Shown here: piece by piece, positions 62,901 to 64,000 of the stretch
Numbering within the stretch: position 1 is the first letter of the stretch
Layout of the letters: every line of letters starts with the position of its first letter
Assembly: GCA_012026655.1 (NCBI GenBank)
Contig: JAAILG010000047.1
Span: 1 to 64,000 of the forward strand
Length of the DNA stretch: 64,000 bases
Direction: 5' to 3'
Source of the DNA: Hydrolagus affinis
Lineage: Eukaryota
Notes under the pieces: model-generated
Database searches by the model: none
What the model was told of the DNA's origin: nothing
The model's input: the letters and a program-made list of their open reading frames with translations, nothing else
Position numbers and translations under genes: made by a program

Positions 62901-63844
62901 TTTATCAAAACAGCAGAATCGTTTTGCGCAATTATCACAATGGGGTTTCAAGCAAGATCTTAGAAAATGATTCATAAAACCTGATATGTTTGATTACAGA
63001 TATTAAGGTAAAATATTTGGCCTTGACAAAGAAGAATTTCAGAATGTAGAAATAAATTGGTGTTGTCAGCTTCAATTCTCATCAGGCAGCACAGAGCGGA
63101 AACTGGTTGTTTGTCTGTGCCTTTCCTCCCATATGAGACATGCAAACTGATTACACCAGTTACAGGGAATGATCCACAAGTCTAATCTTGTCCTATGTAC
63201 CTGCTGAAATTTGGTATCTCTGTGCAATCACTCAAGAAGATGTATAAATCAGTCTGCGGAAATCCATGCTCTTGATATTTCTAGAAAATAAAAGATATAA
63301 AAAATGCAAAGGTTGGCATCTAATCATTTGAAGATACCGTGACAATTACAGAACCTGGCAGCTGCCCAATTCTAATCGGCAATCCAACCTTAGTCAGACA
63401 CAGTCCACTGAAATGAACAACAACAACTTGCCAATACAGCGAACTTCACATAGAATAACAGCCCAGAGGGCTTGCAAATATAAGCGGTGAATATTGAATG
63501 AAGGGGGAGAGGGATTTCAGGCGGGCGGGGTGGGGGGTGGAAGAGATGACCCCAGGTGTAATTGGAGAGCTAAATCTGGTATCAGTGACATTAAAAGAGA
63601 TATATACTTTTTGAATTTGAATAACAGTATCACTTACTTTGACAGTTTCATAAGTATCCTGAATGAGTGCAATGAAGAGACTTAAAATCATGTAAATGAA
63701 GAGGCTGATGAAGCTGTAGAGATAGAGCCGGCTGAACAGCCAAAGTAAAATGCTGTTTTCCTGTAATTCTGCAAAGGTAGCGAACATGTCGTCGCCGTTG
63801 ACCAGAGAGAAAAGGCATTCGGCAACAGTGCTTAAATTCTCAAA
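59940..63844 (-). CDS. MCOLN2: Mucolipin-2 (TRPML2), last three coding exons (63844-63638, 63280-63201, 59973-59940); gene continues off the right edge
   Basis: [25 protein letters not shown] (pore, NGDD filter) ... [24 protein letters not shown] (S6), then [12 protein letters not shown], then the terminal exon [21 protein letters not shown] and the extra SDD terminal exon are MCOLN2-like, and MCOLN2 neighbours LPAR3 in human. The donor at 63201 is less certain. Candidate AATAAA at 59577-59572. Confidence 0.88.
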
Positions 63845-64000
63845 CTAAAAGGGAAAATAAAACAATTTAAATGAATCAATATGCGTACATTTAGCTGAAA
63901 AGTTCCGTATCGTACAATTGAATTTAAAAAAAAACTCAAGGGGCTGTGTGGAAATCTAAGCGCGTTTCTTGCAGATCAAACAAGGAACGCTATCAACTGC

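Noticed and set aside
63446-63844. MCOLN3 or MCOLN1 identity
   Set aside because: [30 protein letters not shown], the extra SDD terminal exon and adjacency to LPAR3 fit MCOLN2 better.

Overview
AT-rich vertebrate genomic DNA with introns. The repeat content (tRNA-headed Deu-type SINEs, L2 and CR1 3' ends, a Penelope-like end) and the compact introns suggest a cartilaginous fish, possibly a holocephalan; this is an inference. All four protein-coding genes lie on the minus strand. From left to right: SSX2IP (5' ten coding exons, running off the left edge), an intact 23-exon, 847-aa single-pass receptor guanylyl cyclase (15561-32746), LPAR3 (37659-50323, 344 aa) and the last three coding exons of MCOLN2 (59940-63844). 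SSX2IP-LPAR3-MCOLN2 is the known human gene order, and I recall no guanylyl cyclase between SSX2IP and LPAR3 in human. I assembled the cyclase by hand and every splice phase closes. It has a signal peptide, a short (~210 aa) 14-Cys ectodomain unlike the natriuretic-peptide-receptor ligand-binding domain, one TM helix, a kinase-homology domain, a coiled-coil hinge and a complete GTP-specific cyclase domain. It is the best candidate here for an uncharacterised ligand-receptor-cGMP system. Secondary observations include a SINE tail supplying the LPAR3 stop codon, a Thr-to-Gln change at the MCOLN2 S6 gate, a 60-bp inverted repeat around the cyclase promoter and several MITEs. There is a 100-N assembly gap at 56983-57082.
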